The position numbers and the translations under genes were made by a program. This document shows positions 1 through 9,173 of a DNA stretch of 35,931 nucleotides, in pieces. The stretch's first letter is position 1; each line of letters opens with the position of its first letter. Below the pieces are notes generated by a model that did not search any database, was not told the origin of the DNA, and was given only the letters and a program-made list of their open reading frames with translations. Origin of the DNA: a virus (taxonomy: Duplodnaviria; Caudoviricetes); the IMG/VR virus record IMGVR_UViG_3300017754_002644, positions 1-35,931 of that record. One strand, 5' to 3'.

Positions 1-993
1 GGCTACAACGTGAAAACTCGGAAGAAATACCTCTCCGCGTATGTTGAGATGCAGAGTCAAAAGATGGTGCAAGAGGGCGGCTACGATGGCTTCCCGTTCA
101 CCGTTGGCCGCTATCTGTCTTACGATTCGCTCATTCAATCCGCAGGCTGGGGCTATGGCCCAGGCTTTGCCATTTTGCCAGAGGCGCGGCAGCTGAACTT
201 CATCCAGCAGATGATGGACGTGTTTAGCGAGAAACAAGTCTTCCCGCCAATGATGGTTCCTGACAGCTTCGAGGGCAGTTTAAAGACGGCGGCACGGGCG
301 CTGAATTACTACCCGTCTGGCATGGGGCCGGAGTCGGTTTATCAAGTGCCTGTCACGGGTGAATGGTCCGTTGCGTTGGAGCGCGTGAAGATGCGGCAGG
401 ACATGATCAAGCGTCTGTGCTCGCTGGATATGTTCCAGATGTTTGCGCAGATTGACCGCGAGATGACCGCCTACGAGGTGGCGCAGCGGGCAGGCGAGAA
501 GCTGGACACTGTGGGCCCGATCTATCACCGCGACGTAAGAGAGACGATTGAGCCGCATCTTCGCCGTGCCTTTGAGTTATGCGCTGAAAATGGACTCTTG
601 CCGCCTCCGCCGCAGGAAGCATACGAGGCCGTTGGCCGTGGATTCGTCCAGGTGTCTGACCCTGAGATCGCGCTCACTTCCCGTCTGGCAATGGCAATTG
701 ACGCATGGAACGCACGCGGGGCGGATGAGGTAATGCAGACCGCCGCCGCCCTCGCTCCGATTGACCCAACTGTGATGGACAACATCGACACCGGCTTCTA
801 CATTCGCGAGAAGTCCCGCCTTGTTGGTGCGCCCGAGGGATTGCTTCGCAAGCGTGAGGAAGTCGAGGCCATCCAGCAGTCACGCGCAGAAGCTCAACAG
901 ATGCAGCAAGCCGCGATGATGGCAAAAGAAGCCGGGCAGGCGATAAAATCGGTTGGCGGTGTCGATAAGGTAGGCGAACTATTGGGAGCGTAA
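1..993 (+). CDS. Portal (head-tail connector) protein, T7 gp8/BPP-1-like, 5' truncated by window edge
   Basis: Frame is open from base 1. Contains 'EMTAYEVAQRAGEK' (MTAxEV..R..E motif of podoviral portals) and a Q/A-rich C-terminal helix; first gene of the virion module. Confidence 0.85.
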   Translation, partial: GYNVKTRKKYLSAYVEMQSQKMVQEGGYDGFPFTVGRYLSYDSLIQSAGWGYGPGFAILPEARQLNFIQQMMDVFSEKQVFPPMMVPDSFEGSLKTAARALNYYPSGMGPESVYQVPVTGEWSVALERVKMRQDMIKRLCSLDMFQMFAQIDREMTAYEVAQRAGEKLDTVGPIYHRDVRETIEPHLRRAFELCAENGLLPPPPQEAYEAVGRGFVQVSDPEIALTSRLAMAIDAWNARGADEVMQTAAALAPIDPTVMDNIDTGFYIREKSRLVGAPEGLLRKREEVEAIQQSRAEAQQMQQAAMMAKEAGQAIKSVGGVDKVGELLGA

Positions 994-1014
994 TTCATCA
1001 CGCTGAATCATCAC

Positions 1015-1296
1015 ATGACGCCCACAACCGCAGAACTCCTAACGCCGCTCACTGCCGGCGAAAAGAAGGACGTGCTAAAAGCCGCGCTCCGACTTTTTGA
1101 CAAGCCAGACTTTCAGCTAGTTTTCCGCAGTTTGAACGCAGACGTTGGCGGCATCCTCAATCCAGCCTTTGAGCAAGGCGGAGATGCTGTGAAAGCCGCA
1201 TTTCGCGAAGGGCAAAAAGAACCTCTGCGCTGGTTGTTCACGATGTTCCTCAAAGGCATTCCAGAGACTGAGAAACCCAAAGAACAAGAGACATGA
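1015..1296 (+). CDS. Small conserved protein following the portal (Bbp19-like)
   Basis: 93 aa with 'AAFREGQK' motif; position typical of BPP-1-like podoviruses; ATCATCAC immediately before ATG. Confidence 0.6.
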   Translation: MTPTTAELLTPLTAGEKKDVLKAALRLFDKPDFQLVFRSLNADVGGILNPAFEQGGDAVKAAFREGQKEPLRWLFTMFLKGIPETEKPKEQET

Positions 1297-1706
1297 TTAC
1301 GATCACACCAGACAACCAGATTGACCGCGACGGCGAAATCATCGGCAGCATTATCGGCGGCATTGCTTGGATGAAGGCCAAGCAAGCCCCGCGCATCATC
1401 GGCCAGATTCGCCAAGCCGCGGGCATCGATGGGCTCAAGTTTGAGATTGCCGACACGCCAGAAGAGCAAGCCAATCTTCCAACTGGTAAGGAATCCTTAC
1501 AGGTTGAACCACTTTCCGCCGCTGCCGGTGTCGATAACGACAGCGTGACGGAGCCTGTCCCTGTGAGTGATGACGCAGGGGCAGGCATTTCTTTCGCCAT
1601 CGGCTCCGATTGGGGCACGCCTGGAACGTCCTACTTCGCCCGGTGCTTTATCAACCATCACGGATCGGAAGCATACGCGCAGTATTGCAAATCTAACGGC
1701 TTATGA
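1293..1706 (+). CDS. Hypothetical protein
   Basis: 137-aa ORF with ATGA overlaps at both ends. Confidence 0.6.
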   Translation: MITITPDNQIDRDGEIIGSIIGGIAWMKAKQAPRIIGQIRQAAGIDGLKFEIADTPEEQANLPTGKESLQVEPLSAAAGVDNDSVTEPVPVSDDAGAGISFAIGSDWGTPGTSYFARCFINHHGSEAYAQYCKSNGL

Positions 1707-1942
1707 GATACAAAGACAAAACCACTGTTTGCGTTGACCTTCTCGACCCTAGCGAGGAGGCATTCAAACGCGCTCTCAATTTCATTAACGCTGGCGAGAT
1801 GATTCGATGCGTGACGGTTGTTGAGGGGCGCGAGAAGGAAAAAGCCGTCATCTTTGACTACACGCCAAGAGACCATCCTTACACGGGCGACGAATATCAA
1901 TCTTGGCTCAAGGCCAAAGCGCTCGCGCAAAAAGCCAACTAA
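1703..1942 (+). CDS. Hypothetical protein
   Basis: 79-aa ORF overlapping the previous stop (ATGA). Confidence 0.55.
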   Translation: MRYKDKTTVCVDLLDPSEEAFKRALNFINAGEMIRCVTVVEGREKEKAVIFDYTPRDHPYTGDEYQSWLKAKALAQKAN

Positions 1943-1947
1943 TTCCT

Positions 1948-2784
1948 ATGGAAAACGAAACCACACAAACGGCGGACAATGCCTTGCAACAGCAAGCAGC
2001 GACCACAACCGACACAACAACGACCACAATCGAGGCAGCGCCATCAACGGTGACACGCCCCGAATACATCCCAGAGAAGTTTTGGGATGCACAGAAAGGC
2101 GAGGCGAAGATTGACCAACTTGCCATCAGTTACGCCAATCTTGAAAAGGCGTTCTCATCGAAGTCGCAGGCACCGAAGAAGCCGGGAGCAGATGCCACCC
2201 CAGAAGATCACGCCAAGTATTTCTCTGAGCTTCGCAAGTTCACAGGTGCGCCTGAGAAGCCGGAGGATTACGGGCTAAAAGCTCCCGACAAGCTGCCGGA
2301 AGGCGTCGAGTGGAACGCAGAACTTGCCACGAAAGCGGCGAGCATCGCTCACAAATACAGCGTGCCACCGGAGGCATTGCATGAGTTGATTGCGCTCAAC
2401 AATGAGACGGTGGGCGCTTTGGTTGCGAAGTCCGAGGAGGCTCAAAAGGCCGAAGTCGAGGCCATGGTTGCAGAACTAAACGCCGAGTGGAAGGACGCAG
2501 CCAAAGACAACTGGCAGCGCGCTAACCGTGGTGCTATTGCTATGGGTGTGGACCTGGAAGCGAGCGGGCTTGGCAACAATCCGCATTTCATCCGCGCTGC
2601 ACTTCGTTTTGACGAGATGATTGGTGATGACAAAGGGCTGATCAGTTCCGACTCACAAGCGACTTATCGCGAACAAATGGAGCGAATCCAGAAGGGGCCG
2701 GATTTTAATGGCAAGAACGGGCCAGAAAAACAGCAGGCAGCACTCGAAACACTGAAAAGGCTGTTTGAGGCTAGCCAGAAATAA
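1948..2784 (+). CDS. Capsid scaffolding/assembly protein
   Basis: T/Q-rich disordered N-terminus, 'RPEYIPEKFW' and 'PEKPEDY' motifs, helical, directly before the capsid gene. Start moved to ATG 1948, after the upstream stop at 1942. Confidence 0.8.
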   Translation: MENETTQTADNALQQQAATTTDTTTTTIEAAPSTVTRPEYIPEKFWDAQKGEAKIDQLAISYANLEKAFSSKSQAPKKPGADATPEDHAKYFSELRKFTGAPEKPEDYGLKAPDKLPEGVEWNAELATKAASIAHKYSVPPEALHELIALNNETVGALVAKSEEAQKAEVEAMVAELNAEWKDAAKDNWQRANRGAIAMGVDLEASGLGNNPHFIRAALRFDEMIGDDKGLISSDSQATYREQMERIQKGPDFNGKNGPEKQQAALETLKRLFEASQK

Positions 2785-2803
2785 CTTTCGCAACGCCATC
2801 ACT

Positions 2804-2834
2804 AGCGGCTCTCAGAAATGGGAGCCGCTTTTTT
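2804..2834 (+). terminator. Rho-independent terminator after scaffold gene
   Basis: AGCGGCTC-TCAGAAATGG-GAGCCGCT followed by a T run. Confidence 0.8.
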
Positions 2835-2838
2835 GTGC

Positions 2839-2867
2839 TTGCATTAAATCATATATGATCTAGAAAT
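2839..2867 (+). promoter_or_regulatory. Putative sigma70-type promoter for the capsid operon with a palindromic site in the spacer
   Basis: TTGCAT-16/17 nt-TAGAAAT; perfect palindrome ATCATATATGAT at 2848-2859. Confidence 0.5.
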
Positions 2868-2877
2868 TGCACAACGA

Positions 2878-2978
2878 CGGCCCCGACAGGATAAGCCGCA
2901 AGCCGAAATTGAGGCCCGCGAAAGCGGAGAACCGAGAAGACGGGAGACACGATTCTTCCCGCTGATCACACGATCAGC
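2878..2978 (+). promoter_or_regulatory. Structured 5' leader of the major capsid gene (four hairpins)
   Basis: CGGC-C-CC-GACA-GG-ATAA-GCCG; GG-C-CCGC-GAAA-GCGG-AGAA-CC; CGGGAGA..TCTTCCCG; GCTGATC-ACAC-GATCAGC. Confidence 0.6.
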
Positions 2979-3009
2979 TTCCACTCAAATTCCAAACTTA
3001 CGCCTTATC

Positions 3010-3909
3010 ATGGCTACTATTGATACCTTCTACCCGGTCACGTTCCAAACATCGTTCGATCAAGTTCTCCAGCAGATGGATTCCCGTCTGCTCACATCCG
3101 TTACTCGCGCCGATTTCACCGGCAAAAAGAAATGGTTCAACCTCCTGAATGACAGTGAGGCACAAGACATCCTTACCCGCAAAGGTGATACTCCAGACGG
3201 CGAGCTTGATGCCAGCAAATACTGGCTCACCCAGCGCCCAAAAGAGAAGGTCACGACCTTTGACGAGTGGGATAAGCACTTCCTTGGCACCATCGTCCTG
3301 CCTACATCTGACGAGGTGCAGTCTCACGCGATGGCCTTCAACCGTGCGATTGATGACGTGATCATCAGCGCCTTTGACGCCACCCGCTACATTGGCGAGG
3401 ACGGCACGACCACTGACAGCTTCCCAAGCGGTCAAAGCATCGCCGCCAACTACGCTGAAACCGGCTCGCCCACCTCCATTGGCATGACCTTGGCAAAGCT
3501 CCGCCGCGCCAAGTATCTCATGGACGTTTCCGAGGTGCCTTCTCAGGGCCGTTACATCGTGATCGGTGCTCAACAGGAACAAGACCTCCTGCGTGACACC
3601 AATCTGACGAGCGCGGACTTCAACACGGTGAAAGCCCTTGTTGACGGACAGGTGAACACCTTCCTCGGTTTCACCTTCCTGAAGTCTCAACGTCTGCCAG
3701 TCGGCACCGTTAGCGGCACCGCTGACGTTCGCAGCTGCTTCGCCTTCCATTCCTCGGCTGTGAAGTTCGCCATGTCGGATCGTCAGACCCGCATGGACAT
3801 CCTGCCACAGCGCCGCCACGCGCTCCAGATCCGCTCCACGATGATGCTCGGTGCCGTCCGCACTGAAAATGAGAAAGTGGTCCGCATCTACAGCGACGAA
3901 ACCCCATAA
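3010..3909 (+). CDS. Major capsid protein (HK97 fold, podoviral)
   Basis: 299 aa; 'AMAFNRAIDDVII', 'KALVDGQVNTFLGFTF' and 'GAVRTENEKVV' are typical of this capsid family; follows the scaffold. Confidence 0.88.
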   Translation: MATIDTFYPVTFQTSFDQVLQQMDSRLLTSVTRADFTGKKKWFNLLNDSEAQDILTRKGDTPDGELDASKYWLTQRPKEKVTTFDEWDKHFLGTIVLPTSDEVQSHAMAFNRAIDDVIISAFDATRYIGEDGTTTDSFPSGQSIAANYAETGSPTSIGMTLAKLRRAKYLMDVSEVPSQGRYIVIGAQQEQDLLRDTNLTSADFNTVKALVDGQVNTFLGFTFLKSQRLPVGTVSGTADVRSCFAFHSSAVKFAMSDRQTRMDILPQRRHALQIRSTMMLGAVRTENEKVVRIYSDETP

Positions 3910-3917
3910 CCTGAACT

Positions 3918-3947
3918 GAGAAGGGTGGTGTAAAAGCCGCCCTTCTC
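3918..3947 (+). other. Intergenic stem-loop without U-tract (mRNA stability/processing or weak terminator)
   Basis: GAGAAGGGTGGT-GTAAAA-GCCGCCCTTCTC, 12 bp with G-U pairs. Confidence 0.55.
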
Positions 3948-3976
3948 TCAACCCTCACCTTCAAAGACTCACTACT

Positions 3977-4444
3977 ATGGCTGCTCTCACTGACACCTCA
4001 TTCTACACCGCACAAGCCTCCGCTTTGCTTGATGGCTCCGAACGTCCTAACCGGACAGGAACCACTGGCGGCACGGTTAAAATCCTTCGTGCTTCCTACA
4101 CCACTACCGGCAGCGAAGCCGCGAATGACACATTCAACCTCTGCTATCTTCCAAAGGGCGCTTCCATCCTTCGCGGTCTTAGCACGGTCACTTGTGTTGA
4201 CCCCGGCACTACGCTGACGCTCGACATTGGCACCAGCGCAAACGCTGACCTCTACGCTGACGGCATCGTTCTTTCGAGCGGTGGCACCGTGGGCTTTGGC
4301 TCTGCGGTTGCTGGCACAGCTGGCGACTTGGCCGCTACTGTCACCACTGACAATACCGCCGTGATTGTCACCGTTGCCTCTGCGAATACCGTCACCGCTT
4401 CCGTGGTGCTTTACTTCGACGTGGCATACATCAACTGGAACTAA
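3977..4444 (+). CDS. Putative capsid decoration/cement protein
   Basis: 155 aa, T/A/G-rich beta protein with 'LPKGA' and 'TLTLDIGT' motifs; directly after the capsid gene. Confidence 0.65.
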   Translation: MAALTDTSFYTAQASALLDGSERPNRTGTTGGTVKILRASYTTTGSEAANDTFNLCYLPKGASILRGLSTVTCVDPGTTLTLDIGTSANADLYADGIVLSSGGTVGFGSAVAGTAGDLAATVTTDNTAVIVTVASANTVTASVVLYFDVAYINWN

Positions 4445-4464
4445 CCCTCCCGTTGGTTGCTTAT

Positions 4465-4499
4465 GGGGGGCTCCTTGTGTTTGGGGAGCCTCCCTTTTT
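4465..4499 (+). terminator. Rho-independent terminator after the head genes
   Basis: GGGGGGCTCCTT-GTGTTT-GGGGAGCCTCCC-TTTTT. Confidence 0.75.
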
Positions 4500-4516
4500 C
4501 TTGAAACTTTACGACT

Positions 4517-5383
4517 ATGGCCGCGACTGCTACCGAGATTGCAAACCTTGCCATTGCCCACCTGGGCGGGCGTGCGCTGACTGCGCTGGATTCCGACACG
4601 ACGCAGCAGGCCGCGAGTCTGCGGAAGTGGTATAATCCAGGGGCAGGAACTCCGATCTACACCGCACTAGACGAGGTATTGCGGGCGCATCCGTGGAACT
4701 TCGCCACGGCTCGCCACCGGCAAACGGTGACGTATTACAATGTTACGGATGTGACAAGCTCGGGCGGGCTGATAAAGATCACAGACGGAAGCCACGGCAT
4801 TCAGACGGGTGACAGGGTTTACATCAAAGACGTGGAAGGCGTCACGGCTGCAAACGGTCAATGGTATGTCACTCGCGTGGACGCCGATGAGTTCACGCTT
4901 CAAGATTCCGTTTTTGCTGGCACCTACACGGCAGCAACGGGTGAATGGGTAAAGATTCCGGCCTTTGATTGGGATTTCCAGCACACGCCACCGGATGACT
5001 GCCTGCGCGTGATTTCGCTCAACGCTGGCGGAGGCCAGATGGAAGATGCCGGTGCTGACTTCACTTTTGAAAAGGGGCTAATCCTCACTGATGAGGAGAC
5101 GATCAACCTCAAATACATTCAGCGCATTACCGACGTCACCGAATATCCTGCCGACTTCGTGACGGCGTTCTCATTCCTCCTTGCCTCCTACATCGCGCAG
5201 GACACGCAAGGAGCGACAGGGCAGGCACAGCAGATGCGCCAGTTCTTTGAAAAGGCCGTTGCTCCACCTGTGAAGGCTCGCGACTCCAACGAGGGCAAGG
5301 CTAGGCGCATCCCGCCATTTAATGACTCTCAAATCGTAAGCGCTCGCTTCGGCGGATACTGGACGGGCGGAATTACTGACTAA
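4517..5383 (+). CDS. Tail tubular protein A (adaptor, gp11-like) with an inserted small beta-barrel (E1 FCCH-like) domain
   Basis: 'EIANLAIAHLG', 'HPWNFA' and 'PDDCLRV' motifs; insert 'HGIQTGDRVYIKDVEG..ANGQWYVT..DEFTL' at ~4730-4950. Confidence 0.8.
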   Translation: MAATATEIANLAIAHLGGRALTALDSDTTQQAASLRKWYNPGAGTPIYTALDEVLRAHPWNFATARHRQTVTYYNVTDVTSSGGLIKITDGSHGIQTGDRVYIKDVEGVTAANGQWYVTRVDADEFTLQDSVFAGTYTAATGEWVKIPAFDWDFQHTPPDDCLRVISLNAGGGQMEDAGADFTFEKGLILTDEETINLKYIQRITDVTEYPADFVTAFSFLLASYIAQDTQGATGQAQQMRQFFEKAVAPPVKARDSNEGKARRIPPFNDSQIVSARFGGYWTGGITD

Positions 5384-5388
5384 TCATC

Positions 5389-8142
5389 ATGCCACAGTTT
5401 CAAACCATCAAGGCAGTGTTCAACGGTGGCGAGATGTCACCGCTCATGGACGGGCGCACGGACTCGGAGAAATACGGCACAGGATGCCGAATCTTGGAAA
5501 ACTTCATCGTGCGTCCCTACGGTGGAGCGTTCAAGCGCCCCGGCACTCGTTTCGGCGCTGCTAACTCGGATGTGACGGGATGCGTGAGGTTGATCCCATT
5601 CCGGCGCTCGACAAGCATCAATTTCGTCCTCGGCTTCAAAGCGAACGCCACTAAGGTTTGGAGCTACAGCGCTGGCGCCTTCACGCTCGTCACAACTCTG
5701 ACGACAACCTACACGGAGGCAGAGATCCACGATCTGCATTATTGTCAGCTCAACGACATCATGCACCTCACGGTTGGGACGAAGCATCCGCGAATCATTA
5801 CCCGTGCAAATGACGGAACGTGGTCAATCATTGACACACCTTTCCAGTTTGCTCCTGCGCTCGATCCGCCATCGGATGCCGTGACGATGACGCTGGTTTA
5901 CGATGCCAATTCATGGGTGACATCTACAAGCTACGCCGTGGGCGATTTCGTCCTGTATCTCAATGAGCTTTACAGGTGCAAGACGGCCAACAGCGACGCT
6001 TCATTTACCGCGGCAAAGTGGGACAAGGCCGCTTACAAAACACCGTGGAATGTGGGGCAAGCCTACGTTGCAGGCGATGTCGTGGAATACTTCGGCAGCA
6101 ATTATTTTTGCATCACGGCAAACACGGCCAGTAGCGCAAACCGTCCCGGCGTAGGCGCTCAATGGGTGCTGATTTCCATCACTGACTATCGCCTGATCGC
6201 ATCTTCCGCCACTTTTGACGCTAACGAGGTTGGTTCTATCTGGCTGCTCTCTCCAGGCTCAACAAATCGCGTCACATCGGAGGCGATTCCCGCAAGTATC
6301 AGCACGACAACAAGCGCGGCCATTTTCATTCAGGGCAGCTACTTAGCCCGCACAAATTGGAGTTCCAGCGCATCTCCAAATCAATGCACCCTCCAACTTC
6401 AAGAGAGCTTGGATCGCATGAACTTTACTACCATTAAGGAATGGTATATCAGCGGCAGTTTGGAGGGCACAATTAGCTACACCGCAGATGCTCCGAACAC
6501 GGGCGGATGGTATCGCTGGGTTGCTATCAAGGCCAGCGCCACGGGTAGCGGAACGATGACTATTGAGCCCGCAGTCGGCAAGCTCGACATCCCTTTTGAA
6601 ATCGAGAGCTACACCAGCACAACGGAGGTGAAGGGCGTTCCCAAGCTGGCCGTTGATTCACTCATTCCAAACGAGGTAATTGGCACGGCGTTCCCGGTGT
6701 GGCGCAAGGGCGCATTCTCGGTGACTCGTGGGTATCCAAAGACTGTCGCCTTCCATGATTCGAGGCTGTTCTACGCCTGCACAGCAACAGAGCCCATGCG
6801 AATCTGGGGCAGCCAGACGGATGACTTCTATACCTTCCTGACTGGATCGCTGGACACCTCCGGCATTGACGTGACGCTAGCGGCAACGCAGGCGAATGAC
6901 ATCCAGTGGATTGCCAGCTTTAAGCGCACGATGGTAATCGGCACCACTGGCGAGGAATGGACGATGGACAGTGGAGATCAGGACAACGCGCTCACGCCTT
7001 CTAGCGTGCGTTTGCGCCGTTGGAGTCGCTACGGTTCAAGCAAACATCAACCTATCCTTTCGGGCGACGGCTTACTCTGGCTTACCCGAGATAACCGCCT
7101 GCGCGAGTTCGCTTATGTCTTCGAGAAAGATGGATATTCAGCGCCAGAGATGACGTTGCTGGCGGAGCACATTCCTAGCCGCTCAAACGTGAGAAACGTG
7201 GCTTATTCACAATCGCCCGATCCTATCGTGTGGTTAATTCATGAGGACGGATCATGGTCTGGCTTCACCTACGACCGAGAGAACAACGTCACGGCATGGC
7301 ATAGGCACAACTCAGGGCTTGGTGAATATCTTGGCGGCTGCTACTCGCTCTGCACTCTTTATAGCGAATCAACGGCCAGTGATTCCTTGATTTTCCTTTT
7401 TGAGAGGAGCAACGCTAGCGGTGATTTTATGTGCCTTGAGTCGATTGACGGGGCGGTTATGCAAGCCGCGATGACATCGGCAGATGAAGACTTTTCAAGC
7501 ACTACAAACAACTCGCCCATGATTTTCATGGATTCGTGGACGTTTGTGACTGGCACTTTTTCAATGGGTGCCACGAAGTTTCCAACAGCCGCCGCAAATC
7601 CTGCGCTTGGATATTTGGCTAACGTGGTGTTTACCAGTCAATATTCGGTTCTTTTGAATACTGACGGATCACCGCTTGAATTGACCGTTACGAGCGCCGG
7701 AGAGGCGGAGACTTTTGACAACATCGCAGGCACTTACAAAGTCGGCATTCCATACACCGCCGTTCTCATTCCAAACCGCACAGAGGTTCAGCTTCAAGAC
7801 GGCAGCTCGCAGATGAGGAAATGGCATGTCACTCGCGGCTCATTCCGTGTCTGGCAATCTCTTTACGGCAATGTTCAGCAGAAGATAGGCAGCGCTGGCG
7901 AGATTGATTTCACCGGATTTTCGGCCATCAAATACGAGGACATTGACGCCTTTCCTCGCTCGCCGACATCAGGCTATCCAACGCTACGCACAAAGACAGG
8001 CCAAACACTTCCGCAGCCTCTCGGCTTTGATTGGGGCAACGCGCTCGACATTGTGATTAGTTCACGCCACCCGACGCCGTTTAATATTCTGGGTATGATC
8101 TTGGAGGTTGAGATTGAAGGGGCCTCGGGCGCTGGCACTTGA
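5389..8142 (+). CDS. Tail tubular protein B (nozzle, gp12-like) with two CBM5/12-like repeats
   Basis: 'FNGGEMSP..GR', 'NFIVRPYGGAFKRPGTRF', 'GYPKTVAFHDSRL' and 'AWHRH' motifs; W-x5-Y-x2-GD-x-V repeats at 5914-6165. Confidence 0.85.
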   Translation: MPQFQTIKAVFNGGEMSPLMDGRTDSEKYGTGCRILENFIVRPYGGAFKRPGTRFGAANSDVTGCVRLIPFRRSTSINFVLGFKANATKVWSYSAGAFTLVTTLTTTYTEAEIHDLHYCQLNDIMHLTVGTKHPRIITRANDGTWSIIDTPFQFAPALDPPSDAVTMTLVYDANSWVTSTSYAVGDFVLYLNELYRCKTANSDASFTAAKWDKAAYKTPWNVGQAYVAGDVVEYFGSNYFCITANTASSANRPGVGAQWVLISITDYRLIASSATFDANEVGSIWLLSPGSTNRVTSEAIPASISTTTSAAIFIQGSYLARTNWSSSASPNQCTLQLQESLDRMNFTTIKEWYISGSLEGTISYTADAPNTGGWYRWVAIKASATGSGTMTIEPAVGKLDIPFEIESYTSTTEVKGVPKLAVDSLIPNEVIGTAFPVWRKGAFSVTRGYPKTVAFHDSRLFYACTATEPMRIWGSQTDDFYTFLTGSLDTSGIDVTLAATQANDIQWIASFKRTMVIGTTGEEWTMDSGDQDNALTPSSVRLRRWSRYGSSKHQPILSGDGLLWLTRDNRLREFAYVFEKDGYSAPEMTLLAEHIPSRSNVRNVAYSQSPDPIVWLIHEDGSWSGFTYDRENNVTAWHRHNSGLGEYLGGCYSLCTLYSESTASDSLIFLFERSNASGDFMCLESIDGAVMQAAMTSADEDFSSTTNNSPMIFMDSWTFVTGTFSMGATKFPTAAANPALGYLANVVFTSQYSVLLNTDGSPLELTVTSAGEAETFDNIAGTYKVGIPYTAVLIPNRTEVQLQDGSSQMRKWHVTRGSFRVWQSLYGNVQQKIGSAGEIDFTGFSAIKYEDIDAFPRSPTSGYPTLRTKTGQTLPQPLGFDWGNALDIVISSRHPTPFNILGMILEVEIEGASGAGT

Positions 8143-8179
8143 CGCGGTGGCGTTTCGTGGGATTGATCACCATCATCAC

Positions 8180-8593
8180 ATGACAATCCGCGCCTACACT
8201 CCCGACGATTTCCCGATTGTGGAACAATGGGCCAAAGCAAGGAGCATGGCAATAGTTCCACAGCTACTAAGTCCGAACGGCTTTCTTGTGGAAGATGAAC
8301 AGGGGCCGGTTGCCGTGTGCTGGGTGTATCTCACCTTTGACTGCCCGCTCGCCTTCATTGACCATCTATTCACAAGGCCGGGAACGAGCATGAAGAAGTG
8401 CCGCGAGGGCTGGCCGATTCTATGGCGGACAATCCAGGCGTATCTCTCAAATCTGCGAGCTTGCGATGGGACGCCACTGGAGTATAAAGTAGTTCGGATA
8501 TTCACCAGAACGCCGCTCGCAAGATTCTTGAAGGCGGACCGTTGGCACGTTTCCGATCATACCTCTACTCAAGCTGTCTATGTCATACCGTGA
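8180..8593 (+). CDS. GNAT-like protein in the T7 gp13 position (tail assembly/internal virion protein A-like)
   Basis: 'MTIRAYTPDDFPIVEQW' GNAT-like start; located between nozzle and ejection genes. Start reassigned to ATG 8180, after CATCATCAC. Confidence 0.55.
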   Translation: MTIRAYTPDDFPIVEQWAKARSMAIVPQLLSPNGFLVEDEQGPVAVCWVYLTFDCPLAFIDHLFTRPGTSMKKCREGWPILWRTIQAYLSNLRACDGTPLEYKVVRIFTRTPLARFLKADRWHVSDHTSTQAVYVIP

Positions 8594-9170
8594 TCACGCT
8601 GATTATGCGCCACTTTTTACAGGGGGGCCGATGGGCATCTACTCCGCCACGCGTCCACCATGTAACGAAGTGGTTTCTGGAATCGTGATGCTGGCGCTTG
8701 CGGCAACGTCCGCATACATCAGCTACGATTCCGCGCAGACAACGGCCAAGCAAACCGAATACAACGCACAAGCGCAAGCCGACGCCATCGGAGCGGAGCA
8801 GAAGCGGCAGGCGGCGGAGAACGAGGAAAACCGCAGGCGAGCCGTTCAGGAGCAACGGCGTTTCCGCGCCTCACAACTTGCCGCAATGGCGGGCTCTGGC
8901 GCGATGCTTGGCACCGGCTCAAGCCTCGCTTTGGAGGCTGATACCTGGGCAAAGCAGCAAACAGAGCTAGCCGATCAGCAGCGAGTGAACGACCTCGCGC
9001 AAAATCAGCTAGCGTTTCAGCGCCGTTCAACGCTGGCAATGGGCGCAGCTGAAGCTGGGCAGATTCGAGCCAACGCCACGGGGCAGGCTATTAGCTCGCT
9101 GGCTTCAACGGCATCGTCTGGATACTCGGCATGGTCAACACGTCCGCAACAGGCTAAAACAGCCGCTTAA
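8580..9170 (+). CDS. Internal virion/ejection protein (gp14-like)
   Basis: Hydrophobic N-terminal segment, A/Q-rich coiled coil, 'AAMAGSGA..GSSL' motif; exact start uncertain. Confidence 0.7.
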   Translation: MSYRDHADYAPLFTGGPMGIYSATRPPCNEVVSGIVMLALAATSAYISYDSAQTTAKQTEYNAQAQADAIGAEQKRQAAENEENRRRAVQEQRRFRASQLAAMAGSGAMLGTGSSLALEADTWAKQQTELADQQRVNDLAQNQLAFQRRSTLAMGAAEAGQIRANATGQAISSLASTASSGYSAWSTRPQQAKTAA

Positions 9171-9173
9171 TTT

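Noticed and set aside
2998-3951. 317-aa minus-strand ORF (also 3998-4561, 30160-30849 and similar)
   Set aside because: Antisense shadows of well-supported genes, caused by codon bias.
8108-8179. Poly-His stretch 'DHHHHM' (also at 31803 and 25657) as a metal-binding tag
   Set aside because: Artefact of translating the CATCATCAC leader upstream of the true start.
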